DNA of 64,000 nt from Mobula hypostoma (taxonomy: Eukaryota): contig NC_086097.1 of assembly GCF_963921235.1 (NCBI RefSeq), positions 40,550,001 through 40,614,000 of the forward strand, in the 5' to 3' direction. Position numbers and translations under genes: made by a program. Below the pieces are notes generated by a model. The model had not been told where the DNA came from, made no database searches, and worked only from the letters and a program-made list of their open reading frames with translations. This document shows, piece by piece, positions 51,312 to 62,890 of the stretch (positions within the stretch are counted from its first letter, which is position 1; each line of letters opens with the position of its first letter).

Positions 51312-51502
51312 TGATGCACCATCAATAATTCCAAAAGACTGGAGGTAGGGCAAATACTGAAAGGCTTTTATTCACAGTAAAATGTGACTTCCAGCGTGCT
51401 GAATGTCTGCCGCTGGACTGAGGAGGAGGAGCAAGGTGAAATCGCCTTTATTCAGGGGGCTGTGGGAGGAGCCACAGGGGCAGTCAGCAGAGGGGTGTGT
51501 CC
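51312..51502 (-). mobile_element. Probable short LTR remnant, cut by the adjacent CR1
   Basis: The rc ends ...AATAAAAGCC...TTATTGATGGTGCATCA (polyA signal and CA terminus). It appears to resume as CCAGACAGGTAAATA near 52664. The other terminus and a TSD were not found. Confidence 0.4.
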
Positions 51503-52664
51503 ATAAGACCATAAGACAAAGGAGCAGAAGTAGGCCATTTGGCCCATCGAGTCTGCTCTGCCAGTTTATCATGAACTGATCCATTCTCCTATTTAGTCCC
51601 ACTCCCCTGCCTTCTCACCATAACCTTTGATGCCCTGGCTACTCAGATACCTACCAATCTCTGCCTTAAATACACCCAATGACTTGGCCTCCACTGCTGC
51701 CAGTGGCAACAAATTCCATAGATTCACCACACTCTGACTAAAAAAATTTCTTTGTATTTCTGTTCTGAAAGGGCGTCCTTCAATCCTTAAGTCATGCCCT
51801 CTCGTACTAGACTCTCCCATCATGGGAAACAACTTTGCCACATCCACTCTGTCCATGCCTTTTAACATTCGAAATGTTTCTGAGGTCTCCCCTCATTCTT
51901 CTAAACTCCAAGGAATACAGTCCAAGAGCAGACAAAAGTTCCTCATATGTTAACCCTCTCATTCCCGGAATCATTCTAGTGAATCTTCTCTGTACCCTCT
52001 CCAACGTCAGCACATCCTTTCTTAAATAAGGAGACCAAAACTGCCCACAGTACTCCAAGTGAGGTCTCACCAGCTCCTTATAGAGCCTCAACATCACATC
52101 CCTGCTCCTATACTCTATTCCTCTAGAAATAAATGCCAACATTGCATTCGCCTTCTTCACTACTGACTCAACCTGGAGGTTAACTTTAAAGGTATCCTGT
52201 ACGAGGACTCCCAAGTCCCGTTGCATCTCAGAACTTCGAATTCTCTCCCCATTTAAATAATAGTCTGCCCATTTATTTTTTCTGCCAAAGTGCATAACCA
52301 TATACTTTCCAACATTGTACTTCATTTGCCACTTCTCTGCCCATTCTTCCAATCTATCCAAGTCTCTCTGCAGACTGTCCATTTCCTCAGCACTACCGGC
52401 TCCTCCACCTATCTTCGTATCGTCAGCAAACTTAGCCACAAAGCCATCTATTCCATAATCCAAATCGTTGATGTACAATGTAAAAAGAAGCGGCCCCAAC
52501 ACTGATCCCTGTGGAACACCACTGGTAACCGGCAGCCAACCAGAATAGGATCCCTTTATTCCCACTCTCTGTTTTCTGCCAATCAGTCAATGCTCTATCC
52601 ACGTATGTAACTTTCCCTTAATTCCATGGGCTCTTATCTTGTTAAGTAGCCTCATGTGTGGCAC
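51503..52664 (-). mobile_element. CR1 LINE RT and 3' end, relatively young
   Basis: 252-aa ORF with [35 protein letters not shown]; tail (TCTTATGG)n. Confidence 0.95.
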
Positions 52665-54569
52665 CAGACAGGTAAATAGCAATTTGTTGCCCAGGAAGTT
52701 AAAGATCCAGATGAAAGAAATGTGTTGAGTCCCAGGTCTGGAAGTTGGAAGGTGAGATGGTTTGGAATTATAATGTTGAAGGCAAACAATAGTCAATAAA
52801 CAATAGTCTAATATAGGTGCCTTTACAGATGTTTCAGTGATGAGTATAGGGCCAGGAAACTGGTGTCAGACATAGACCTGTTTCTGCAGTAGCTGATTTG
52901 CTTTGGGTCGTAGTCTGGGAACTGGAGTTATGTGCCATGACCCTGGCATTGTGGTGGGTGTCAGTGCCACTAGGTGGTAATCATTAAAGTATACGTATTA
53001 CCTTTTTCTAGGGTAACAAACATTTAATGGTTTTAAAATAGATGGAACTTCAGATTGAAACAAGATGCAGTTAAAAATGTCTGAAAATATCCCCATCAGC
53101 TGATCTGTGCAGGATCTGAAGACACTGCTGAGGACATCGTCTGGGTTAGGTGCTTTCTGTAAATGTGTTCTTGTGTATGATGTTGTAAAGAGAAAAGTCT
53201 GGATGAAAATATTAGTCAGTGTCTTTGTTAGTGTTTAAATTGTTGGTGCTATTTTTGGAAAGAATTTATTTACAGCTTGTGAGTTAGTGAACGAGATGTC
53301 TTCAGAAATGGTTGCATTGAAGCTGCTGTAAGAATTTGTAGAGCACTTTGAAAAGGCTACTCCCCAGTGATGTAGGTCAAGCGACAAGTGCTGAACCAGT
53401 GACAGATATTTTAGTGGAGACCAAAACTCTTCTTTTGTTGTTCTAAAAAGGATGGTTTTCGCAGAACAACCAGATTAATACGGAGTTGTTAGGGGAAGAC
53501 ACCAAAAGCTTCTCCATTATCTATGTTCTGTTTTAGTGATTTTGGACACGATCAAGGCCACACAGGGATTTTTAACACCATTGAGATTATGGCAAGCTGG
53601 AGAATGCACCATTAGATAAATGTGGAGGTTGTAGAAAAGACGAGTTTATTGAAAATGAATGCTTATGTAAGATGATATTTGAAAGTAGTCTCATAGTATG
53701 ATCAGGGCTTGGGTAAGGGCTTTGGCAGCAGAGATTGTCAATTGCTTAGAAGGCAATCTCTATTGTGGAGAGGTTGCATGGTCTGAAACTGAGCCCTGAG
53801 CCAAATATATCCACCTATGGAGTATTTTGGAGGATTAGAGGAATTTGAATTTTTAAAAAATCTTTTTTGGTTTTGGGAAATTGGATGAAAATATTCTTAT
53901 AATCAGAGTATATTTTATAATACTTTCTAACAGCCCATGGACCCACTTTCAAGAACTCTTCAATTTATGTTCTCAATGTTTTGTTTTGTCTTTTTGTATT
54001 TGTATAGTTTGGCTGTTTGTATGTCTTTGTTTTTTTTAGATCAATTCTTTAGTGTTTCTTTGTACTTACTGTGAATGCCTGCAAGAAAATGAATCTCATG
54101 GCGATTTGTATGTATTTTGATAATAAATTCACTTTGAAACTTTCTGTTTATGGTATGAAATGAATATAAATAATTCAGTGGTTTGCCCCAGAACAGAGAA
54201 TTGAAGTTGATTTTTCGTGTATTTTCAATGATTAACTATGCTGATGAGTGAGGTTTATCATCACTGTCTCATATATCACTTGAAATTTGTTGTTTTGCAG
54301 CAGCAGTACAGTGCAAGGACAAAAATCACCATAAATTACAGATAATACCAAAAATGAGGTGGTGTTGATGTGTTCATGGACCATACCTAAGCTCCTTGAT
54401 TCTGCTTTATCTTTTTCTCTTGTTCTGCTTATCTATGCCACCCACACAATAAGCTATGAACTACATTTATTAGGCTCCATACCAAATGACTATGTAAGTG
54501 GTTCCCTCTGCTTCAATCCTTTCTCTCCTCCTCCCGCCCACCCCAACCTTTTCAAAATGTCTCTCATTG

Positions 54570-55520
54570 TCCTTCATTCATGAGTCCAGAGTCTCAATTA
54601 TTCTATAGGCCTCTTAATAGTCAGCAGGAGACAGATGAACAGGTATGTTTGTATATTATGGAAAGATCAGAAGCAACAATGTTGTTGTATTGGGTGATTT
54701 TAACTTCCCCATTGTTGACTGGGACTTCTTCGTGCAAGAGATTTAGATGGGGCAGAGTTTGTTAGGTGCATCCAAGTGGGCTTCTTGAAGGGGTATGTGT
54801 GAGAAGAGGGGTCCTATCAGGCCTTGTGTTGATAAACAAGCAGGGCTAATGGACTGACAATTCACTGGGAGAGCATACTGGAAACAATGATCACAACGCC
54901 TTGATTTTTAACATAGTTATAAATGAGGGCTGAGGAAGAAAGTATTAGACTGAATTCAGGGGAAGTTACAATATTATTAGGCAGGAGCATGGGAGAGTAA
55001 ATTGGGAGCAGCTGTTAAAAGTCCAGCTGACCCAACTTCAGGACGGGCACGTTCTAGTAGGGAGGAAGGACATAGATGGTGAGGTATGGGAATCATGGAT
55101 GAAGAGAGGTTGTGAATTTAGTCACAAAGAAAAATGGAATATATACAGTATGTAAAGTTTTGGAAGTTGAAATCAGACAAGGCCTTGAAGTAATGTAACA
55201 ACAACCTATAAGATCTAAAGCATGGAATTAGGATCTGGGAAAAGGGACATGAAATATTCATGCCAAGTAAAATTGAAGATAATTCCTAAAGCATTTTATT
55301 GTACATTGAAGACAACGGTGTGATTGGGGAGAGGGCAGTCCTTTACCATGGATAAAGGAGGGAATTTATGTTGAGATTCAGAGGGTGTGGGCAAAGTACT
55401 AAATTAGCACTTTGCATCATTATTGACTGAGGCGAAGGCCACGGCAGACAGTGAGATTAGTGTGGGGTATACCAGCATGCTAGGGCATTTTAAGATTAAG
55501 AAATTTGTTATTCTAGCTGG
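54570..55520 (+). mobile_element. Old CR1 endonuclease-region remnant
   Basis: GGGTGATTTTAACTTCCC (GDFNF) and GGAAACAATGATCACAAC (GNNDHN). An RT piece with KFADD follows at ~56440-56680. Confidence 0.7.
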
Positions 55521-55583
55521 AGGTCTGTAACCAATGGTGTTCTGCTGGGATGTATGTAAATATCTCTGTTTGTGAATGTCACT

Positions 55584-56420
55584 CAAATCAAATCATATCA
55601 AATCATTTTTAATTATTATTCAAACCATACATGGACACAGCTGAACGAGACAGCATTCCTCTGGGGCCAACACGCAAAAACATACATGTGCATTCAAAAT
55701 AGCGAGAAAGGGGGAAAAAAAAACATCATCACGTAAGAAAACAGATTTTTTAGTCAGCAACCCTAAGTGACAAGTCCTTCAAATTGATGGTTCCTGGCAA
55801 TCCATCCTATCATTCCACTGATCAAGCACCATAGGGCAGCACTGATGGGAGAGGTCTCCCCCAACTGAGCATGGATGCCATGCTACGCCGACCTCCAGTG
55901 TCTCCTCACCTGAACTATTGCAGCAGCAGGCAAGCCCAGGGCTTGAGGCCTAGTTCTTGCTACAACTGAGGCTACTTTGCTGCCTCTCCACCTATCTTCC
56001 CACCAAATAAGGGCAATCAATGTCCAACAGGGTCTTGTGATCGCAAGAGAAACATCCAAGACAGCCACTTGCTGTTTCACTGCACGCCGGCTTCAAGCAG
56101 CAGACAGCAGCATGGTGTGCACCCAGGTCAGCTTCTCGGAACCTAATCCAGTCCCTCCAGTGGTCTGACCGGCCCGTACTCCTCCAGTAGTCGGAATGGT
56201 GCATTCCCCTTCTCCTAACCACCAGCCAGCTCCTCCAGCACCCTGGCCAGCTACTGTGAACAACGAGCAGCTCACTGATGCAGTAAACCTGCTATACCCA
56301 TAGTTATTGGAGTCCAGTATAGTCTTACAATCATAGAAAAACACATTTAACAAAGAAAAGAACACTTTTCGTTGGCCCCCCGAGAAGCTGTTGTGTGTGC
56401 ACATGCCACCAGCTTACCAG
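55584..56420 (-). mobile_element. Non-coding retroelement with (TGATT)-type tandem tail
   Basis: TCAAATCAAATCATATCAAATC tail then TTTAATTATTATTCAAACC; GC-richer body; lies between two CR1 remnants. Confidence 0.5.
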
Positions 56421-56971
56421 AGTGTAACTGTTTGTGATATGACCTTGATGGGAATGGAGATGGATTGGTTACTAAGTTTGCAGACGACATAAAAAAACTG
56501 CTGGAGGTGTGGAGAGTGTAGAAGGTTACAGCGGCATATAGATCAGTTACAGGCAGAGAAATGGTAGATGAACTTTAATCTGAACACGTGTTAAGTCCTG
56601 CACTTTAGGCGGTCAGTTGTAAGGAGAAAGTGTACCGTTAAGAGCAGGACCCTTATCAGCAATAATGTACAGAGGGATCTGTTCATATGCTGTCCTCTTG
56701 TGTTCTCACTGACTTCCATGTTCCTGTCAAGCCTCCAAGCTCCTTTTGTTATAGGGCCCATAAATTGAGGATGATAAAACTTTCCACCTTGCCAGCTCCC
56801 GACATGGGGGGATTAAATCCTGAAGTCTGACTATCTCATTAGTTTCCTGGATGAGCTTCTGAATTGATATCATTTCCATCACAAGCACCACCTGCGGAAA
56901 CATGGTCAGTCTCGGCACCTCATAATTTTGATTCATTTGATTCATCCCATCTATTCTGACACACCCCCGGC

Positions 56972-57200
56972 ACAGAATCAGAGCGTGGAAACAGGACTTT
57001 AAACCCATCGAGTCCATGCTGACTAAGCACCCAGTTTTTTTTACAGCTAATCCTACCTGAGCCCATTTTATTGTTCCCGGATTCTCATTAATTTCAGGAT
57101 GTTCCACAATTCATTTGCACACAGTAAGAAACTTACTTTAGCTGACATGGGTGTTATTGGAATGTGGGAGGAGAGTGAAGCACACAGAGAAAACCCACAT
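56972..57200 (-). mobile_element. HE1-like SINE remnant
   Basis: AGCGTGGAAACAGGAC tail and TTGGAATGTGGGAGGAGAGTGAAGCACACAGAGAAAACCCAC. Confidence 0.6.
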
Positions 57201-59137
57201 AGTTCAAAATGTCTCATTCGTTTTTCATGGGTGCTGCATAACCTGAATGTTTCCAGTATTTTGTGCTCTATTTCATGTGTTCAGCTTTTAAAAAAATATT
57301 TAGCAGTTTATCAAAACCAGGTTATTCTGAGAGTAAACAAGGATGGTCTTACTTCATTCTCTGGCAACCAATAGGAATATGCATAAAGTTGCTCCTCGGG
57401 TTCACCGTTTCTTTCAGCAGTACAGCACTTCCTTCTTTTGGAGTTGATTGAATGAACTTCTTGTCCTTTATCTCCGCATTTCTGACAGCCCTCGTAGTGT
57501 TTTTCATAGACTACGATTACATATTATGGTTGAAACCAGATACAGCTCACATCAATCTCGATGTGTAAAACGTAAGCACTATTGTACCATCTTGCCACTT
57601 GTATGCATTTTTGACACATTGGCTTTAACTGCTTGTTTCTCTTGTATGTCTGGAGATTGAATAATCCTGTTAAGCCTCAAGGCTGCAATCATAATCTTTT
57701 GTAAAGTTAAAGGTTACTTTTTATAGTGTAATTCTCTTGTCAGATTACTGAGAACTACTGATGTAAGCAGGCAGGAACACTTGGTAGATTCTGATGTGCA
57801 TAGGGGATCTTTTTATGTCCCTTCTGATTTGACTCATTCTGAGTAGTCACTCTTTCCTGTCATTCTGCAAACTCATCTGTCAGAATGATCTTGCATCAAT
57901 GCAGAATTGTCCTGTGGCAAATATTTGAATTCAAAGAACTGTTTTACTCACTCACTACATTTCACATCCATGGAAAGTCATTTAGCAAAATGTATTTTAC
58001 AGCTGGTGTGCAGTATAAAAGCCTCACCAATTTTGGCAGTGTTCATAGAGGACGTAAGTGGTTGCAAAATCAATAGCAGTTTTAGTTAGAAATATGCAAA
58101 GTGCAAATATAACCATTTAGAAATCAGACTGTGCAAATAGAGATTGCTACCATCAAACATGATATTTATAAAATAAGTTTAACTTTAAAAATTGCACTTC
58201 ATAACATACTGCAGAGTTTGACTGAAAGTGCAACCCAAAAAAGTCATCTGGGTAATGATCCCTGTGGTCAGTTTGAGCAGTTGTTAATTCAGCCATCCTA
58301 TGTTAATTCCTTGGGGTAGCAGTAATCAAATAATCTTGAAGTGATGCACTATCAAATGGGTTTGTTTAAAAATTGTCCCAAATATTGATTTCTGGAGCTG
58401 CAGCTGTATATTACAATCTGAGAGCAATGGAACAACTACCCTTTGGGGAATACTCACAATGAGCAGATTGAGTGATATCTTTAATAATATTGTCCGGTTT
58501 ATTGTAAAATTAAAATATCTTGTCTGTGTCACTTCTGCTTGAAAATAACACTCATTGAATATTCCTTGTTGTGAAATGGGATTCCTTGTAAAATAAACAG
58601 AAATATATTCATGTTCCTGCAGGTGTACCTTTGGATCAAAGCATAAGAGATTTACTGAGCTGTCTTCTGTCCATTTCTCCTAGATTCCAGATGTACCAAC
58701 ATGGTAGTTTCAGCCAATGTCAGCAGCTTGTAAGATTGATCTAATTTACTTTGGCCTTTGCGTGGTTCCACTCTTGTCTTTGTCACCAATAAAGTTTACT
58801 TTCATGTCTCTGGGGTCTCTGTTAGAAAGTCCTAAGGATATGTCTAAGGCCCTCACTCTACCCATGCTACCTGATACCTCTTGGTGACATCTGCAGACAA
58901 GGGACTATCTTTCCAATGCACATTCAGTTCTTTCTCCTCCCTCTTTTCTTGCCTGATATTCAGCCATGTGTGGCCTGTTCGAGTATGTCTTGGAAAGTTA
59001 CAATATTCTTCAACTGAACATTAGCAAGAACAAAAGCCCTCTAATTCTGCTGCCATAACCTGTTAACTGTTTAGTTACCACCTACTTCTGCAGCACGTGA
59101 TTTTCAACTGAATCAAATCTTACTAAACTTTTGTATT

Positions 59138-59345
59138 CAAAATGCTGGAAGAACTCTGCAAGTTAGGCAGCTCCTATGAAGGGGAATAAACAGTCAATGT
59201 CTTGGGCCGAGACCCTCCGTATGTACTTTCAGGCCTCTGCCTGAAGCAATAACTGTTCATTCCCATCCATAGATGCTGCATGACTTGCTGAATTCCTCCA
59301 GCATTTTGTGTGTATTGCTCAAGATCTCCAACATCTGCAGAATCA
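59138..59345. mobile_element. Palindromic Penelope-terminus element
   Basis: Imperfect ~80-bp inverted arms, CAAAATGCTGGAAGAACTC...GGGCCGAGACCCT and GCCTGAAGC...GAATTCCTCCAGCATTTTG; hammerhead core lost. Confidence 0.8.
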
Positions 59346-59349
59346 TTCT

Positions 59350-59582
59350 ACTTGTGTTCCCACAACCAATGATCTCATTTTAAAGACTTTATCTTGTTAT
59401 TTCATGCTCGTTATTTATTGCTATTTATTTATATCTGCATTTGCGCAGTTGGTTATTCATTGATCCTGTTTACAATTACTGTTCTATAGATTCGCTAAGA
59501 ATGCCTGCAGAAAAAGAATCTCAGGGTTGTATGTGGTGACACGTATGAGTTCTGATAATAAATTGTACTTTGAACTTTGAAC
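59350..59582 (+). mobile_element. Rex-type 3' tail fragment
   Basis: GAATCTCAGGGTTGTATGTGGTGAC...TGATAATAAATTGTACTTTGAACTTTGAA; similar to the rc of 41137-41215 and to 53940-54140. Confidence 0.65.
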
Positions 59583-59819
59583 CTCATGCTTAAACTTTTC
59601 CATTCTTTTTGATCTGTAGCCGAGGTTCATATTGTAATCCATTTCACGTCGAATTTTTACAGCTTTGTCTTTTAGCTATTGTTGATTTCTGAAACTCCTG
59701 TGCCATTTTGTTTCAATACAATAGTCTTACGTACTGAATTCCACAGATTGGCATCTGTCAATCAGAAATCGTTACTCATCTTGCAAAATCTAATTTCTAT
59801 AACCTGGTTGTAGATTTAT

Positions 59820-60040
59820 GGAGCACTACAGCACAGAAACAGGCCATTTGGCTCATCTAGGGTCTGCAAGCTATGATTCTGCTTAATCCCACCAACCTGC
59901 ACTTGGACCATAGCGTTCTGTAACCTTCCCAACCATGCACCTATCCAAATTTATCTTAAATGTTGAAATTGAACTCTCATCACCACTTCTGCTGGCAGCT
60001 CGTACCACACACTCACCACCCTCTGAGTGAAGAAGTTCCA
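59820..60040 (-). mobile_element. CR1 3' fragment
   Basis: TACAGCACAGAAACAGGCC tail and CTCACCACCCTCTGAGTGAAGAAGTT (rc encodes NFFTQRVV). Confidence 0.8.
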
Positions 60041-61247
60041 TTGTAAATAACTTTGTTAATTGGTTATTCAGATCTGCTTCCGAGAAACCAGGTTAGATCC
60101 TGCAATTATTGGTGGATGGCACTTTCTGACCTGGAGAAACTGAAACACTTATGGCCATCATTCTTTATCTGCCAAACTGAATGAATATTGTCACTGTGTA
60201 ACAATACAATAAGCCTGACAAACAGAAACCCAAAGTGGATCTTGTGGGCCCTCTAGCCTGCCCTGTGGATCAGTTAGCGTCAAGATTTATTCTTTTCCTC
60301 ACCATGTTCCTACTAAACCCCATGTCCCTTGATTTCATTGCGTCTTAAAAATCGATTTGTCTCTGTCTTGAATATATTGTGATTGAATTTCCAGCGATCT
60401 ACGTCCCTGACAAAAAGACAATCCTGTTGGGCTCAGTCGCAGGTGGCCAGTTTCTCATTTTGAGGCTATTTGCCCTGATTACAAATCCTCCAGGTCCGTT
60501 TCCTGAGAACCAAGATGTTGATTCTACTTCACTTTCCATGGGTGCTGTTGGGCCTGCTGAGTTTTGCCAAGATTTTCTGCTATTATTATTAGAGAAAGCA
60601 GCCTGTTGGCTTTTAAATGCAGAAATGTGCTGCACCAGTGCAGAATAAGCTGTTTTCCTTGTGTTTGTATGTGGGGAAAGGTAAACGGGTTGTTTACACA
60701 GCAGATTGATAGTCCACCTATAATCATGGACCAGCCGTGCTTGATCTGACTTTTAAATGGACTTATTAAATACCTGTTGCCCACTCTTCAGTAACTGGAC
60801 AAATCTGCCCCAGCAAGTTATATGGGACGTGCATCAGGAATCTTAAATTACCTGAAGTAATCCAAAGAGACATCTGCAGTTAGTGTTCGATCAATGTTTG
60901 TTGAATTAAACCCATGGTCTGCCTCTCAGCTACTGTGGCGCTGCGATGAGATCTGTGGAGCTTTATAAATTAGATTGGTTTCACTCCTGTGATTATTCTT
61001 ATACTTTGTCTAGAATGTCCAGCTGTTTTAATTTTGCATTCCAAGAAGACCACAACAAGTTACACTGTCAGTAATATAGCAAAGAAATGTGACCTTCTGG
61101 GATTAGTTAGTGCCAGAGTGTTTGGCAATGCTGCCGTCCCCAGCAGCAGGACACTGACACTCAAGTGAAGTTGTAATACCCAGGGCCAAGAAGTAGAGAA
61201 TAAAGGGGAAGCAGGAAATGGGGTATGGAACAATGGTTGGTGATAAT

Positions 61248-61791
61248 GCTGCTTTCCCAACCGTGAAGAAAACTGCAGTACACAGAGCAGGAACTCGAGT
61301 GCACCAACCATGACATACTTCCTCGCCCTTGCCAGTCCTTTTGTTTGGAAGTAAAAACCCATTTTCTTTAATAATCGATCTGTTAAAAGGCCATGTCTGA
61401 AACCACAATTAAGCATTCAAGTGGAACTTGGGAGATTCTGCAGAGATGATAGGTGAGACAATGAAGATATTGAAGTGAATTAATGGAGTCATTACCCAAG
61501 TTTTTGATGAAGCTCCAGGATTTCCAGGAGCAGCCTGGTTAGAGATAAAATACAGTTATTTTGTTCAAACGATACTGCTGTTGGAGTCAAAAACAATGTT
61601 TAAAATCATAGTTGCTCCATCGTAGCAGCTTTCTCAAACTGTGAAGTAAACAGCAGAATATGGAGCAGGAACTGGAGTGCATGGCATACCTCCTCATCCT
61701 TGCCAATCCTTTTGTTTGGAAATAAAAACCCATCTTCATTAATAATCGATCTGTTAAAAGGCCTTGTCTGAAGCCACAATTAAGCATTCAA
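61248..61791. repeat. Local direct duplication of ~170 bp (61248-61420, 61625-61791)
   Basis: 94-bp ungapped core (61327-61420 vs 61698-61791) with 6 mismatches. Confidence 0.92.
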
Positions 61792-62094
61792 ATAGAATAT
61801 TGTTTTCTTGACTCCTGATGCTATTTTCATTATTTTAATTCCACAGAACAGCTGCCCTGTGATTCAGTTGTTAATATTGCCACGCTTCCTTCAATGGTAG
61901 TGGGCCTCTTCACAATTGTTCAGGCTCATGTTGGCTCTGAACTTGGACAAATGCCTACAGTTGAACAGGTGGCCCTTAAAGATCAGGTAAAATAACCACA
62001 TCTGTTTATTTTCTGCAGCAGAGAAATACAGGAGTAAAAATCCACCAGCCAAGCATTTTACAGCACGTGATGTGTATTTGTTACCTATTATATG

Positions 62095-62622
62095 CTTTAG
62101 TGGCTACTTTATTTGGTACACTTGCTTGTTAAAGTAAATATCTAGTTAGCCAAACATGTGGCAGCAGTTCAATGCATAAAAGCTTGGAGACATGGTCAAG
62201 AAGTTCAGTTTAAGTACTAGAATGGGGAAGAAATGTGATTTTAACCATGGAATGATTGCTGGTGCCAGACAGGGTGATTTGTGTATGTCAGAAGCTGCTG
62301 ATCTCCTGGGATTTTTTTTCACGCAACAGTCTCCAGAGAATGGTGTGAAAAGTACAAACATCCAGTGAGCAGTAGTTCTGTAGGTGAAAAGTCTTGTTAA
62401 TGAGAGAGGTCAATGGAGAATGGCCAGAGTAGTTCTAGCTGACAGGAAGGTGACAGTAACTTAAATAACCATGCATTACAACAGTGGTGTGCAGAAAAGC
62501 ATCTCTGAGCACACAACACATTGAACCTTGAAGTGGATGGGCGACAGCAGCAGAAGCCCACAAACATACACTCAGTGGCCACTTTATTTGGTACAGGAGG
62601 TGGGTAATAAAGTGGTCATGGA
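62095..62622 (+). mobile_element. Tc1/mariner deletion derivative
   Basis: TIR-like AGTGGCTACTTTATTTGGTACA on the left and TAATAAAGTGGTCA on the right. Transposase HTH relic MGKKCDFNHGMIAGARQGDLCMSEAADLLGF and VNERGQWRMARVVLADRKVT. Confidence 0.85.
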
Positions 62623-62890
62623 TAGTAGATAGGGCCCAATGATAAATTCTATTCACTGCGTTAGAGCTGACAATTGGGTGTTACATTTATTAGGCACTGC
62701 TTCAAGCTGGCCATTTTGCACCAAGGCTAAAGACATTTTTTTTTTACACTATTGCATTTAGACTACTGGTCTAAGTTTAATCAGATGAATGATTAAAATT
62801 TATATATTGTTGGTTTTGTGTTAGTGTCTCACAGAAGATAATATAGTACAGCACACTGCAGGTACTTTGGCCCAAAATGTTGTGCTGACC

